NCBI GenBank assembly: GCA_044237775.1
Contig: JBIIEO010000003.1
Location: 34,100 to 98,099, forward strand
Source: Ilumatobacteraceae bacterium
Lineage (GTDB): Bacteria; Actinomycetota; Acidimicrobiia; Acidimicrobiales; Ilumatobacteraceae
Direction: 5' to 3'
DNA length: 64,000 nucleotides
In this document: piece after piece, positions 48,560 to 57,095 of the stretch
Position numbering within the stretch: the stretch's first letter is position 1
Layout of the letters: each line of letters opens with the position of its first letter
The notes under the pieces: model-generated
Told to the model about the DNA's origin: nothing
Seen by the model: the letters and a program-made list of their open reading frames with translations, nothing else
Databases searched by the model: none
Program-made: the position numbers and the translations under genes

Positions 48560-48973
48560 ATGCTTGCCCGACTCCGTCCGCCGTTGCGCATACCCCGCGC
48601 TGTACTCGACCCCATCGCCAGCCCGCTCGATGCACTCGGCGTGATCACCCTTGCCCTCGGTCGCCCCTTGTCGCGCCAACTCATCGTGATCGCCTGCGAC
48701 GATGTCCGCCGCGGCCTCAGTCTCTCGCGCTTCATTGTCGACGGCAACACGAGCAGCCACATGGGCGATGCACTCGACCGCATGATCGGCTACTGCAGTC
48801 AGGTTGCGTCCTCGGCCAACGTCATCGTGGGCGTCAGCGAACCGTTAGCCGCGAGCGCCACACAGCGGCTGATCGATTGCACTATGGCGAGCGAACGATG
48901 TCGCCGCGCCGGTATTGCACTGCGCGAGTGGTTAGTGGTGACGCATGGCGGCGTGTCGAGTGCGCTCGGCTAG
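48560..48973 (+). CDS. Hypothetical protein
   Basis: 137-aa frame from ATG 48560, the C-terminal part of track ORF 48056..48973. Strongly GC3-biased codons. No motif recognised. Confidence 0.45.
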   Translation: MLARLRPPLRIPRAVLDPIASPLDALGVITLALGRPLSRQLIVIACDDVRRGLSLSRFIVDGNTSSHMGDALDRMIGYCSQVASSANVIVGVSEPLAASATQRLIDCTMASERCRRAGIALREWLVVTHGGVSSALG

Positions 48974-49179
48974 CGACAGCCGCAGCCAGTTCCGCAGCCA
49001 CCGGCTCGCGGTGCTGGGGTCGGCGCGTTCATCGTGCCCACTGATGCGAACACGCTGAGTAGACGCACCACGTCGTCGTGGCCGTCAGGACATGTGGCGG
49101 GTGCATCGGCATCGGCCATCGAGCGGCGTTCTTCGAACACCGTGCTGCATCGCTTGCACCGAAACTCGTACGTAGGCAC
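48970..49179 (-). CDS. FmdB-family zinc-ribbon protein
   Basis: MPTYEFRCKRCSTVFE......CP.GH......V + C-terminal Gly/Cys tail, the CxxC_CxxC_SSSS pattern. Confidence 0.8.
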   Translation of the reverse strand: MPTYEFRCKRCSTVFEERRSMADADAPATCPDGHDDVVRLLSVFASVGTMNAPTPAPRAGGCGTGCGCR

Positions 49180-49197
49180 GGGCGTAGTCTATGAACC

Positions 49198-49488
49198 GTG
49201 AGTACTCCGCTGCAGACCCGCCCTGTCGTCGACCAGCCGGACACCCAGCGCGTTCCCGAGACCGCCGAACCCACCATGGCCCACATCGTGAAGACCGAAC
49301 CAGGCGAAGACGCTGCGGCCAAGGTGCTCGAGGCCCGCATCATGGGCACACCACTCGAAGCATTGTGCGGTCATGTCTGGGTGCCCTCACGCGATCCCAA
49401 ACAGTTGCCGCTGTGCGACTCGTGCAAGGACATCTACGAGACGTATCGCATGTTCAACGACGGCCTCAACGAGCGACCCGCCGAGTAA
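49198..49488 (+). CDS. DUF3039-family protein
   Basis: ...ALCGHVWVPSRDPKQLPLCDSCKDIYE matches the conserved core of actinobacterial DUF3039. GTG start uncertain. Confidence 0.7.
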   Translation: MSTPLQTRPVVDQPDTQRVPETAEPTMAHIVKTEPGEDAAAKVLEARIMGTPLEALCGHVWVPSRDPKQLPLCDSCKDIYETYRMFNDGLNERPAE

Positions 49489-49491
49489 CAC

Positions 49492-52400
49492 TCACCGAAA
49501 GTTGCGTGCGGCGACGCGTGCTGCAATCGCCAGCGGCGCCAGATGCTCGGCCACGATATTCACCACCCCACCGTCGCCGATTTCCAATCGCCCACGCACA
49601 AGCAACGCACCCGCGCCTCGCGCCACGCGGCGATACCGCACCCAGCATCCCTGCGAACACACCACGTTGATAAGCCCCGTTTCATCTTCAAGGTTGATGA
49701 ATGTCACGCCCCGCGCCGTCATCGGGCGCTGACGATGCGTGACCGTGCCCGCCACGAGCACCTTGTCAGCACCGCAGCGGGCGAGGTCAACCGCGGTGAC
49801 CACGCCCATCTGGGTGAGTTCACGACGCAACAGTTCGGTTGGGTGCCCGTTGGGCGCGATGCCCGTGGCCCACAGGTCGGCGATGGTCTCCTCCATCGGC
49901 GCCATGCCGGGCAACCGTGGCGCGTCGACGCCTGTGGTAATTCCAGCAAGACGATCGGGGCGCGAGTAAATCACTGCGCCGGCACTCCACAGCGCGCCGC
50001 GTCTATCGCTGCCAAAACACTCGGTGAATGCGCCCGCAGTGGCGAGCGCCTCGAGGCGCGTGACGTCGAGACGCGGGACACGACGTACGAGATCTTCCAT
50101 GTCGCGATACGGCCGGCTCGCTTCAATGTCGTTGGCCATGTCGTCGGTAATGCCGCGCACCGAGGCCACACCAAGGCGCACTGCAAGCCCACCCGCCGAT
50201 TCGTGGTGCGGCTCGAGGGTTGCCCGCGCACATGACGCATTCACATCGGGCGTCAACACCACAACACCGTGACGACGGGCGTCTTGTACCAACGAATGTG
50301 GCGACCAAAACCCCATGGGCTGCGCATTCAATAATGCGGCACAGAACGCGGCGGGTTCGTGCAGCTTGATCCATGCCGAGGCATACACGAGATACGCGAA
50401 GCTCACCGAGTGGCTCTCGGGGAAGCCGTAGTTGGCGAAGGCTTCCATCTTCGCGAAGATCTGGTCAGCAACGGTGCCGACAATGCCGTTGCGCGCCATG
50501 CCTTCATACAAACGTTCGCGTAACCGTTGCATGCGGGTACGTGAACGCTTGGACCCCATCGCCTGACGCAGTTCGTCGGCCATTGCTGGCGTGAAGTTGG
50601 CGACGTCGATCGCCATCTGCATCAGCTGCTCCTGAAACAGCGGCACACCGAGCGTCTTGCCGAGACTGTTTTCCAACAGCGGGTGTAGATACGTGATGGG
50701 CTCGACGCCGTTGCGCCGCCGAATATAGGGATGCACCGACCCACCCTGAATGGGGCCCGGGCGAATAAGCGCGACTTCCACCACCAAGTCGTAAAACCGG
50801 CGTGGCTTGAGCCGTGGCAGCGTGGCCATCTGGGCACGCGACTCGATCTGGAACACGCCCACCGTGTCGGCGCGACACAACATCGCATACACCTCGTCTT
50901 CTTGAGGAATGGCAGCAAGATCGATAGCAACGCCACGATGGTGCGCAATTAGGTCGACTGCGTTGTGCAGCGCAGACAACATCCCCAACCCCAGAAGGTC
51001 AAACTTGACGAGCCCCGCCGCAGCGCAGTCGTCTTTATCCCACTGCAACACCGTGCGACCCTCCATGCGCCCCCACTCCACGGGACACACCTCGGTAACG
51101 GGTCGATCGCACATCACCATGCCGCCGGAATGAATGCCCAAGTGACGGGGGGCGTGTTCGATTTGTGCGGCCAATTCCACCACCAAGGGGGGAATCGAAT
51201 CGTGATCGCCTAACGATCCAAAGCGATCCACCTGCTTGCTCCATGCATCCTGTTGCCCTGCCGCAAAGCCCAACGCCCGGGCCATGTCGCGCACCGCCGA
51301 GCGTGGCCGATAGGTAATGACATTGGCGACCTGAGCAGCGTGGTGTCGGCCGTGGCGCTCATACACATATTGAATGACTTCCTCGCGGCGGCCACTTTCG
51401 ATGTCGATATCGATGTCGGGTGGGCCATCCCGTTCGGGTGACAAGAACCGCTCGAAGAGCAAGCCGAGCGACACAGCGTCGGCAGCGGTGATACCCAGCG
51501 CGTAACACACGGCGCTGTTGGCAGCGCTGCCCCGGCCCTGACAAAAGATGTCGCTGCGTCGACAGAACTGCACGATGTCCCAGACCACAAGGAAATACCC
51601 CGCGAAACCCAGCGTGGCGATGACCTCCAGTTCGTGATCGACGGTTCGCCACGCACGTGCGCGTAGCGATAGGTCTTCACCTGCCGCTGATGGTCGGCAG
51701 CCGTAACGCCGCGTTGCGCCTTCCTCGGCCAAGCGCCGTAAATACGCCATCTCGTCAAGGCCGTCTGGGCATGGAAATGGCGGCAGTCGTGGCGCCACGA
51801 GGCGCAGGTCGAATGCAGCATCGCGGGCAAGTGCGGCGGCACGCTCCACTACCCCCGGATAGCGCGCGAAGCGGCGAGCCTGCTCCGAGCCACTGCGCAG
51901 GTACGCAGTGGCGGCCGGCGGAAGATCACAGTCGATGACATCCAGGCTCGTCCGTCGACGCACGGCGGCAACCGCAGTCGCCAATCGATACTCGGCGACC
52001 GTTGCGTACGACACGTCATTCGTCGCCACGCACTCAATGCCCACTCGATCGGCGAGACGCACGAGTTCGTCGTTGCGCACCGAATCGAGCGGGTCACCGT
52101 GATCCCACAATTCGGCCACCACGTGTTCGCGCCCGAATGCGTCGATCAACCGCTGCAGTTGACGTTGCGCCGCCACAGGACCACCCGCCGACAGTGCGCG
52201 GGTCACGATGCCCTCCGACGACCCCGTCAGCACCCACCAGTCACCCACGCAGAAGTCGGACAACGACTCAACGCTAAAGACGGGGCTGCCCTTGCTACCC
52301 GCCAACTGCCCCGCGCTAATTGCCGACGACAGGTGGGCATACCCGCGCGGGTTACGTGCGATAACGAGCACCTCGCCATCCGGGCACTGCAGCTCGGCGC

Positions 52401-52764
52401 CGAACACGGTGGGTAGCCCCAATGCGCGAGCCGCCTCGGCAAAACGCACTACGCCGTACAACCCGTTGCGATCAGTGATTGCTAGTGCGCGCAGGTTGAG
52501 TCGTGCGGCCGTTTCGACGAGTCGTTCCGGATGCGACACACCCTGCAGAAATGAAAAGTTGGATCGACAGTGCAATTCTGCGTACTCGACCGCATCGATG
52601 CGCGCGTTGCTAATGATCGGTGGCGTGTACGCGCCACGCTTGGCAGAAAACGCTGGCCCGTCGCCGCCGGCATTCCAGTCATTGCTGCGCGGCGGGCGGC
52701 CATCGGAGAGCCGGGCCTCAAGAGCGGCCCACGATACGTGTGCATGCGACGGGTCGAACCCCAT
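49492..52764 (-). CDS. dnaE2: Error-prone DNA polymerase III alpha-like subunit DnaE2 (ImuC)
   Basis: 1090 aa. N-terminal PHP domain (YAELHCRSNFSFLQG), polymerase core (GRGSAANS, DIDIDIES, HAAG). Sits in an imuA'-imuB cassette, with a LexA box 15 nt upstream. Confidence 0.95.
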   Translation of the reverse strand: MGFDPSHAHVSWAALEARLSDGRPPRSNDWNAGGDGPAFSAKRGAYTPPIISNARIDAVEYAELHCRSNFSFLQGVSHPERLVETAARLNLRALAITDRNGLYGVVRFAEAARALGLPTVFGAELQCPDGEVLVIARNPRGYAHLSSAISAGQLAGSKGSPVFSVESLSDFCVGDWWVLTGSSEGIVTRALSAGGPVAAQRQLQRLIDAFGREHVVAELWDHGDPLDSVRNDELVRLADRVGIECVATNDVSYATVAEYRLATAVAAVRRRTSLDVIDCDLPPAATAYLRSGSEQARRFARYPGVVERAAALARDAAFDLRLVAPRLPPFPCPDGLDEMAYLRRLAEEGATRRYGCRPSAAGEDLSLRARAWRTVDHELEVIATLGFAGYFLVVWDIVQFCRRSDIFCQGRGSAANSAVCYALGITAADAVSLGLLFERFLSPERDGPPDIDIDIESGRREEVIQYVYERHGRHHAAQVANVITYRPRSAVRDMARALGFAAGQQDAWSKQVDRFGSLGDHDSIPPLVVELAAQIEHAPRHLGIHSGGMVMCDRPVTEVCPVEWGRMEGRTVLQWDKDDCAAAGLVKFDLLGLGMLSALHNAVDLIAHHRGVAIDLAAIPQEDEVYAMLCRADTVGVFQIESRAQMATLPRLKPRRFYDLVVEVALIRPGPIQGGSVHPYIRRRNGVEPITYLHPLLENSLGKTLGVPLFQEQLMQMAIDVANFTPAMADELRQAMGSKRSRTRMQRLRERLYEGMARNGIVGTVADQIFAKMEAFANYGFPESHSVSFAYLVYASAWIKLHEPAAFCAALLNAQPMGFWSPHSLVQDARRHGVVVLTPDVNASCARATLEPHHESAGGLAVRLGVASVRGITDDMANDIEASRPYRDMEDLVRRVPRLDVTRLEALATAGAFTECFGSDRRGALWSAGAVIYSRPDRLAGITTGVDAPRLPGMAPMEETIADLWATGIAPNGHPTELLRRELTQMGVVTAVDLARCGADKVLVAGTVTHRQRPMTARGVTFINLEDETGLINVVCSQGCWVRYRRVARGAGALLVRGRLEIGDGGVVNIVAEHLAPLAIAARVAARNFR

Positions 52765-52778
52765 CGCGCGAAGTGTAG

Positions 52779-52792
52779 CGAACGTATGTTCG
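52779..52792 (-). promoter_or_regulatory. LexA (SOS) box upstream of dnaE2
   Basis: CGAACGTATGTTCG is a perfect CGAAC-N4-GTTCG palindrome of the Gram-positive/actinobacterial SOS-box type. On the minus strand it is followed by C, then TACACT (-10-like) and 7 nt to the dnaE2 ATG. Confidence 0.7.
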
Positions 52793-52804
52793 CTTTATTG
52801 GCCC

Positions 52805-53356
52805 TTACAGCAGTCGGCGGACCGTGCGCAGCGCACCGGCAAGACCCACGTCGGCCATATCCAGTGCGGTTTCCCAGTCGAACCAGGCCACTTCTTGGCT
52901 CTCGCCCTCCGGCGGGTTCGGGTCGTCGTCGGCAGCATAGATGACGTAGCGCACGTCCAGGTGGGTGTGGCCCCGCGGGCCGGGGTGCACGTCCAGATGC
53001 ACCAGCCACGGGCCAGTTGCGGGATGCTCGAGCTCGAGCCCCGTCTCCTCGCGCGCCTCGCGCAAAGCAGCCTCGGCTGGCGTTTCATCGGTGTCGATGT
53101 GACCGCCCGGCTGCAACCACATGTTCAGTCGCTTATGACGATGCAACACCACACCGCGACGACCGACAACGATGGCTGAGCCAGTGACGTGCGTCGGATC
53201 TGCGTGTTCGTCGAACGGTGCGATCAACGTGGGCGCAACACGCAGAAACGTTTCGATCGATTTCCGTTCGCGTTCGTCACACGGAATTGCGGCGGAGAAA
53301 TGCGCGCACAGCGCCTGCACGATCTTCGTATCGTGCTCACCGATTCTCACGTTCAT
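52805..53356 (-). CDS. NUDIX hydrolase
   Basis: NUDIX box GGHIDTDETPAEAALREAREETGL. Start placed at ATG 53356 (MNVRIGEH), downstream of the imuB stop. About 60-aa N-terminal extension before the NUDIX fold. Confidence 0.8.
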   Translation of the reverse strand: MNVRIGEHDTKIVQALCAHFSAAIPCDERERKSIETFLRVAPTLIAPFDEHADPTHVTGSAIVVGRRGVVLHRHKRLNMWLQPGGHIDTDETPAEAALREAREETGLELEHPATGPWLVHLDVHPGPRGHTHLDVRYVIYAADDDPNPPEGESQEVAWFDWETALDMADVGLAGALRTVRRLL

Positions 53357-53405
53357 GGAACGGAAAAATCTACCAACTATCGAGAAAAAACATTCTCCAA
53401 CATTG

Positions 53406-54989
53406 TTAGAGAAATTCTGCCGCAACGGCCCATGTTCCACGCTCCAGTACAAGCATCATGGCGCGACCACCGGCTACGACATGCATTCGCACGGCACGAC
53501 GTTGTCGACGATGATCCCACCAACACTCCTCCACCGGCCATGGTCCGGCCCACCACTCCACATCGCACGTCACGCGATCAACAATCACCTGCGTTGGCGC
53601 TGCACTCAACTCGTGTCTGCCACTCACCACAATGTGCGCACCGTCTGCACTCATTACATCGACCCCAATCGGCTCGTCGTAGACGCGAGTGGGTGAAGGG
53701 GACGGTAATGCCCCTCGCCATCGACACTCTTCGCGTACCGCGGCGCTGCGCTGCTCGAGGTCGACAAGCGACGCCGGCGTGTGCACAAATACCTCCATCG
53801 GGTCGCGCCCGCCGCGCCATTCGGGCACTCGCACGGCAGCGGCCCCGAGCCGCTGCACAAGGGCCGCCGTTGCCCGCCGCGCCGCCTCGTCTGGCGCATC
53901 GGAGGCCCCCCACAGCCCCACCTGGCAGCCTTCAAAAGGCCGTACGGCAAGGGGAATCAGGTGCATGACGACCACGCCGCTGGTGAGGCCGCGGGTGCTT
54001 ATCCAGCCTTCCATCTGCCAGCGAATGCGCTCGATGATCGCCCCCACCCCAAGCCCTTCTGGCACGTACCACACGCGATCACTCTGCTCGCCGTGATCAC
54101 CAAGCAGACCTACTTGCAGGCGCACACACACCACACCGTGATTGCTGAGATGCGCACAGAGCTCTTCGGCCATAGCACGACCGTTGGCCGCAACGACAGT
54201 GAGATCTTCGATCGGATGCTCGAAGCGGCGCGTGCTTGCGTGATCGGGTGGCGGAGGCACCACCACGGGCGGATGGCGATCGACACCACGAGCGAGTCGA
54301 TGCATTTCGGCTCCTACCGGACCAAAGCGCGCAGTCAGGGTGGACTCGGGCAACGCCGCGACGTCACCCAATGTGCCGATGCCCAAACGTTGCAGCAGCG
54401 ACACGACGTCGCGAGACACACTCGCGTGATCTGCTAACACCGCTACCGAACAGTCCCCTAATTGGGCGCGTGATGTTCCGGCAGCAATAACGAGCGGCGA
54501 CACGTTGGCGTGCGCCGCAATCGTGGCCATCAGTCGACCATCAGCGATGCCCACGCCATAAGCAGTGTCGTGAAGATCGAGCGCGCGAAACACGTCACTG
54601 AGCACTGCAACGATGCGTGCGCCGAGTGCGTCGTCACCGCCGAGATACCGCGAGGGGCCGCGCGTGGGAAACACCACCATCCCGCACTCGCCCACTTCGA
54701 TCAACGGGACCACATCGGCAATTGCACGCACGACGGGTTCGAACATCACGCGGTCGCGGTCGGGATTGTCCGTGGCGACGAAGAGGTCGGGGCAGCATTC
54801 CTGGGCCTCCCGCCGGCGCATGCCGAGGTCTACCCCGGCTCGCGCCGCTGCAGGTGTGCGGGCTACCACGCGATGAGCACGCACCACCGCCACGGCGTCG
54901 TGTACGGCCCCGTGTTCGCGACGGGCGGCGGTGGCCGACCAGTCGTGGCATGCCGCCACCACGACACGCGTGGACGACTCAGCAGCCAA
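53406..54989 (-). CDS. imuB: ImuB, Y-family-polymerase-like mutasome subunit
   Basis: ...RVVVAACHDWSATAA...RRREAQECCPDLFV...FEPVV.....P..EV.......FP.RGPSRY.GG. Colinear by eye with mycobacterial ImuB. Start uncertain: TTG 54989 or GTG 55013, both overlapping the imuA' end. The track start at 55169 is too far upstream. Confidence 0.8.
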   Translation of the reverse strand: MAAESSTRVVVAACHDWSATAARREHGAVHDAVAVVRAHRVVARTPAAARAGVDLGMRRREAQECCPDLFVATDNPDRDRVMFEPVVRAIADVVPLIEVGECGMVVFPTRGPSRYLGGDDALGARIVAVLSDVFRALDLHDTAYGVGIADGRLMATIAAHANVSPLVIAAGTSRAQLGDCSVAVLADHASVSRDVVSLLQRLGIGTLGDVAALPESTLTARFGPVGAEMHRLARGVDRHPPVVVPPPPDHASTRRFEHPIEDLTVVAANGRAMAEELCAHLSNHGVVCVRLQVGLLGDHGEQSDRVWYVPEGLGVGAIIERIRWQMEGWISTRGLTSGVVVMHLIPLAVRPFEGCQVGLWGASDAPDEAARRATAALVQRLGAAAVRVPEWRGGRDPMEVFVHTPASLVDLEQRSAAVREECRWRGALPSPSPTRVYDEPIGVDVMSADGAHIVVSGRHELSAAPTQVIVDRVTCDVEWWAGPWPVEECWWDHRRQRRAVRMHVVAGGRAMMLVLERGTWAVAAEFL

Positions 54990-55641
54990 GACGAATGGTG
55001 TGCGTTGCCACACCCGGCATACGCCGGCCACCCGTGTCGATACGCACGTCGCGGCCCTGCACGTGTCCAACACCCTCACCGATGCCGAACCACTGCAACG
55101 TGGTGGTGTGCAAGGTGACATCGGGCTGAAAAACCGATGCGACGGCCGGTTGACGCGCAGGATCGACAAGGACCATCACCCCTTGCCGCGCCTGCACGCG
55201 CGCCACCACCTTGCGCGCCTCGCCCACCGTGACCCCGTGTGGCACCTGCGTCATGAGCACGGCAAACCCATCGATGGCGGTTGCCAGCGTGGCTGCCCAC
55301 TCACGCGTCGCACGCGGCGGCGCAACCAACACCGTGCGCTGCAACGCAACACCCTGCTCGGCGGCAGCGGCAAGACCGAGATCGTCGATACCCACCACGG
55401 CAAGCCATGCACCCTCCTGCGTAGCGCGCGCCACCACGCGCAACGCCAGGGCCAACGCCGCATCCCCGCTACAGGCAATGGTGCGCCCACGGGCCATGCC
55501 CACGCCGATCACACCGGTCAGCGCCTCGTCGAGGGGCAGCGTGTGTCGCTCGACTGCAGCTGCCGGACGCAACACGGCAGAGGGGCGCAGGCCGTGATGC
55601 AGCGCATGACTGGTGAGGAGATCGCGCGAGGAAGGAGACAC
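54979..55641 (-). CDS. imuA': ImuA'-like RecA-fold mutasome subunit
   Basis: LPLDEAL.G.....GMARGRTIACSGDAALALAL.VVARATQEGAWLAVVG..DLGLAAAAE.GV.L.R..LV is the ImuA'/SulA-like pattern. Start put at GTG 55641 because the LexA box and a TACAGT -10 lie inside the longer track ORF. Confidence 0.65.
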   Translation of the reverse strand: MSPSSRDLLTSHALHHGLRPSAVLRPAAAVERHTLPLDEALTGVIGVGMARGRTIACSGDAALALALRVVARATQEGAWLAVVGIDDLGLAAAAEQGVALQRTVLVAPPRATREWAATLATAIDGFAVLMTQVPHGVTVGEARKVVARVQARQGVMVLVDPARQPAVASVFQPDVTLHTTTLQWFGIGEGVGHVQGRDVRIDTGGRRMPGVATHTIRLGC

Positions 55642-55654
55642 GCCCTCACTGTAG

Positions 55655-55668
55655 CGAACGTATGTTCG
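55655..55668 (-). promoter_or_regulatory. LexA (SOS) box upstream of imuA'-imuB
   Basis: Same CGAACGTATGTTCG palindrome. The identical 19-mer TGTAGCGAACGTATGTTCG occurs at both sites. On the minus strand it is followed by C, then TACAGT (-10-like) and 6 nt to GTG 55641. Confidence 0.7.
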
Positions 55669-55682
55669 TAGTTCCTCGGGGG

Positions 55683-56531
55683 TCAGTGGCGGCGGGCGAG
55701 GGCGTTCAACGACTCGATGAGCAGGCGGGGATCCTGCGCCCACTGGTCGGCCCCCAGCCGCTCCACCGTGGCGGCCTCGCGGATGGCTGCCCCGCCCACG
55801 TAGATCGGTACCTCGGTACGCACGACCTTGCGAATCTCACCGATCACCTCGCGTGCCGAGGCAAGTGAGTGCTCCATCGTGATACCCACACACACCGCGA
55901 CCACGTCGTTGCACTGGCGAACTGCCTCGGCGAAGGCATGTGCAGGCATGTTGCCGCCCAAGTCGTGCACGTCCCATCCCTCGCTACGCACAAGGTCGGC
56001 CACGATCGATACCGCAAGCGCGTGCTCCTCGCCCTTCGGCGCGCCAAAGATGACCGCGCCCTTGCTCACCCCGCGCCGAGCAAAGCGCGAACCAATCTGG
56101 CTCATCAACCGCAGCGACACATTGGTGGCGCGGTGCTCAACGTGGATACCCAGTTCGCCCTGTGCCCATCCAGCGCCAATCGATGCCAACGCCGGACTCA
56201 ATACCTGGGTATATAAAAAGAGCAGATCGTGGCCCGCCCGTAACACGGACTCCATGACCTCGAATGCGCCGCGCTCGTCGCCCTCGATCAGGCGCGACTC
56301 CAGCCGCTTGGCCCACGGGGCCTCGTTACGCGCCTCGGGCCGCGGCGCCGCCGTCGACTCCGGTTCGCACTTGGCCGACTGAAAGCGCTCGAGGTCCTCT
56401 GTCAACACAAACCACGACCTGCCCACCTTGCGCGCAGGCAATAAACCCTGGCGCACATAGCGATAGACGGTCATGTAGTGGACATGAAGGGCTTCGGCGA
56501 CCTCGTGCAGGGAGACCTCGGTGTCCAACAT
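55683..56531 (-). CDS. B12-binding transcriptional regulator, CarH/LitR-type (HTH + cobalamin-binding domains)
   Basis: N-terminal excisionase/MerR-like HTH (SLHEVAEALHVHYMTVYRYVRQGLLPARKVGRSW). B12-binding_2 helix bundle with W122-x9-E132-H133 (GWAQGELGIHVEH). Rossmann B12 domain with GEEH170ALAV, an ExHxxG-like lower-ligand His. Confidence 0.8.
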   Translation of the reverse strand: MLDTEVSLHEVAEALHVHYMTVYRYVRQGLLPARKVGRSWFVLTEDLERFQSAKCEPESTAAPRPEARNEAPWAKRLESRLIEGDERGAFEVMESVLRAGHDLLFLYTQVLSPALASIGAGWAQGELGIHVEHRATNVSLRLMSQIGSRFARRGVSKGAVIFGAPKGEEHALAVSIVADLVRSEGWDVHDLGGNMPAHAFAEAVRQCNDVVAVCVGITMEHSLASAREVIGEIRKVVRTEVPIYVGGAAIREAATVERLGADQWAQDPRLLIESLNALARRH

Positions 56532-56573
56532 CAGGCCCCCATATTCACACGGCCACCCGCGGCCGCGCGTAAC

Positions 56574-57035
56574 TCAGCCGTTCTTTGCCCGCGCCTTTTC
56601 CAACGCCGCACGGGAGCGCGCCAACAAATGTGCCGGCACGCGTGACAGGTTCGGGTCGCCACCGGCCTCGACTGGTGCGCCCGATGCCGCGGGTGCACTC
56701 GTCGTTGCCACCTGCGCCATCAACTCCGCCTCGGACGGTGGCTGCATGCCGGGCTTCCAGTACTGGTACAAATCTTCGACCACTTTGACGACCACGTCAT
56801 GTGCACCCGACGGCGTCATGTCGACAGTCACCATGTTGCCAAACACATGCACCGAGCGCACGGCGCCTGTATCGAAAAGTCGTCGCGCGAGGACATCTGC
56901 CGGCTTTTCCGTTCGTGCCGACTCTGGCCCCGCATAGCGCTCATGGCCCATGCCGGTCAACGAGCGATTCAATTCGAACCGCATCCGGCCCGGCGAGGCT
57001 GACGACTGCATCTTGACTGCGACTGGCTGACCCAT
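56574..57035 (-). CDS. Nfu/NifU-N-terminal-like domain protein
   Basis: 153-aa frame from ATG 57035. ...LARRLFDTGAVRSVHVFGNMVTVDM........V..... resembles the Nfu_N scaffold domain. Ala/Pro/Gly-rich C-terminal tail. The track's 295-aa version would overlap the divergent acyl-CoA dehydrogenase gene. Confidence 0.45.
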   Translation of the reverse strand: MGQPVAVKMQSSASPGRMRFELNRSLTGMGHERYAGPESARTEKPADVLARRLFDTGAVRSVHVFGNMVTVDMTPSGAHDVVVKVVEDLYQYWKPGMQPPSEAELMAQVATTSAPAASGAPVEAGGDPNLSRVPAHLLARSRAALEKARAKNG

Positions 57036-57095
57036 GCCGATCACACTAGTTGGCACGCCTTCGCCGGCATCGACCGACACCGATACGGTTGGGGC

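Noticed and set aside
56559-56566. GCGGCCGC palindrome in the 42-nt spacer upstream of the CarH-like gene, considered as an operator or terminator.
   Set aside because: An 8-bp GC palindrome is expected by chance at this GC content. It has no flanking U-tract and no repeat structure resembling CarH operators.
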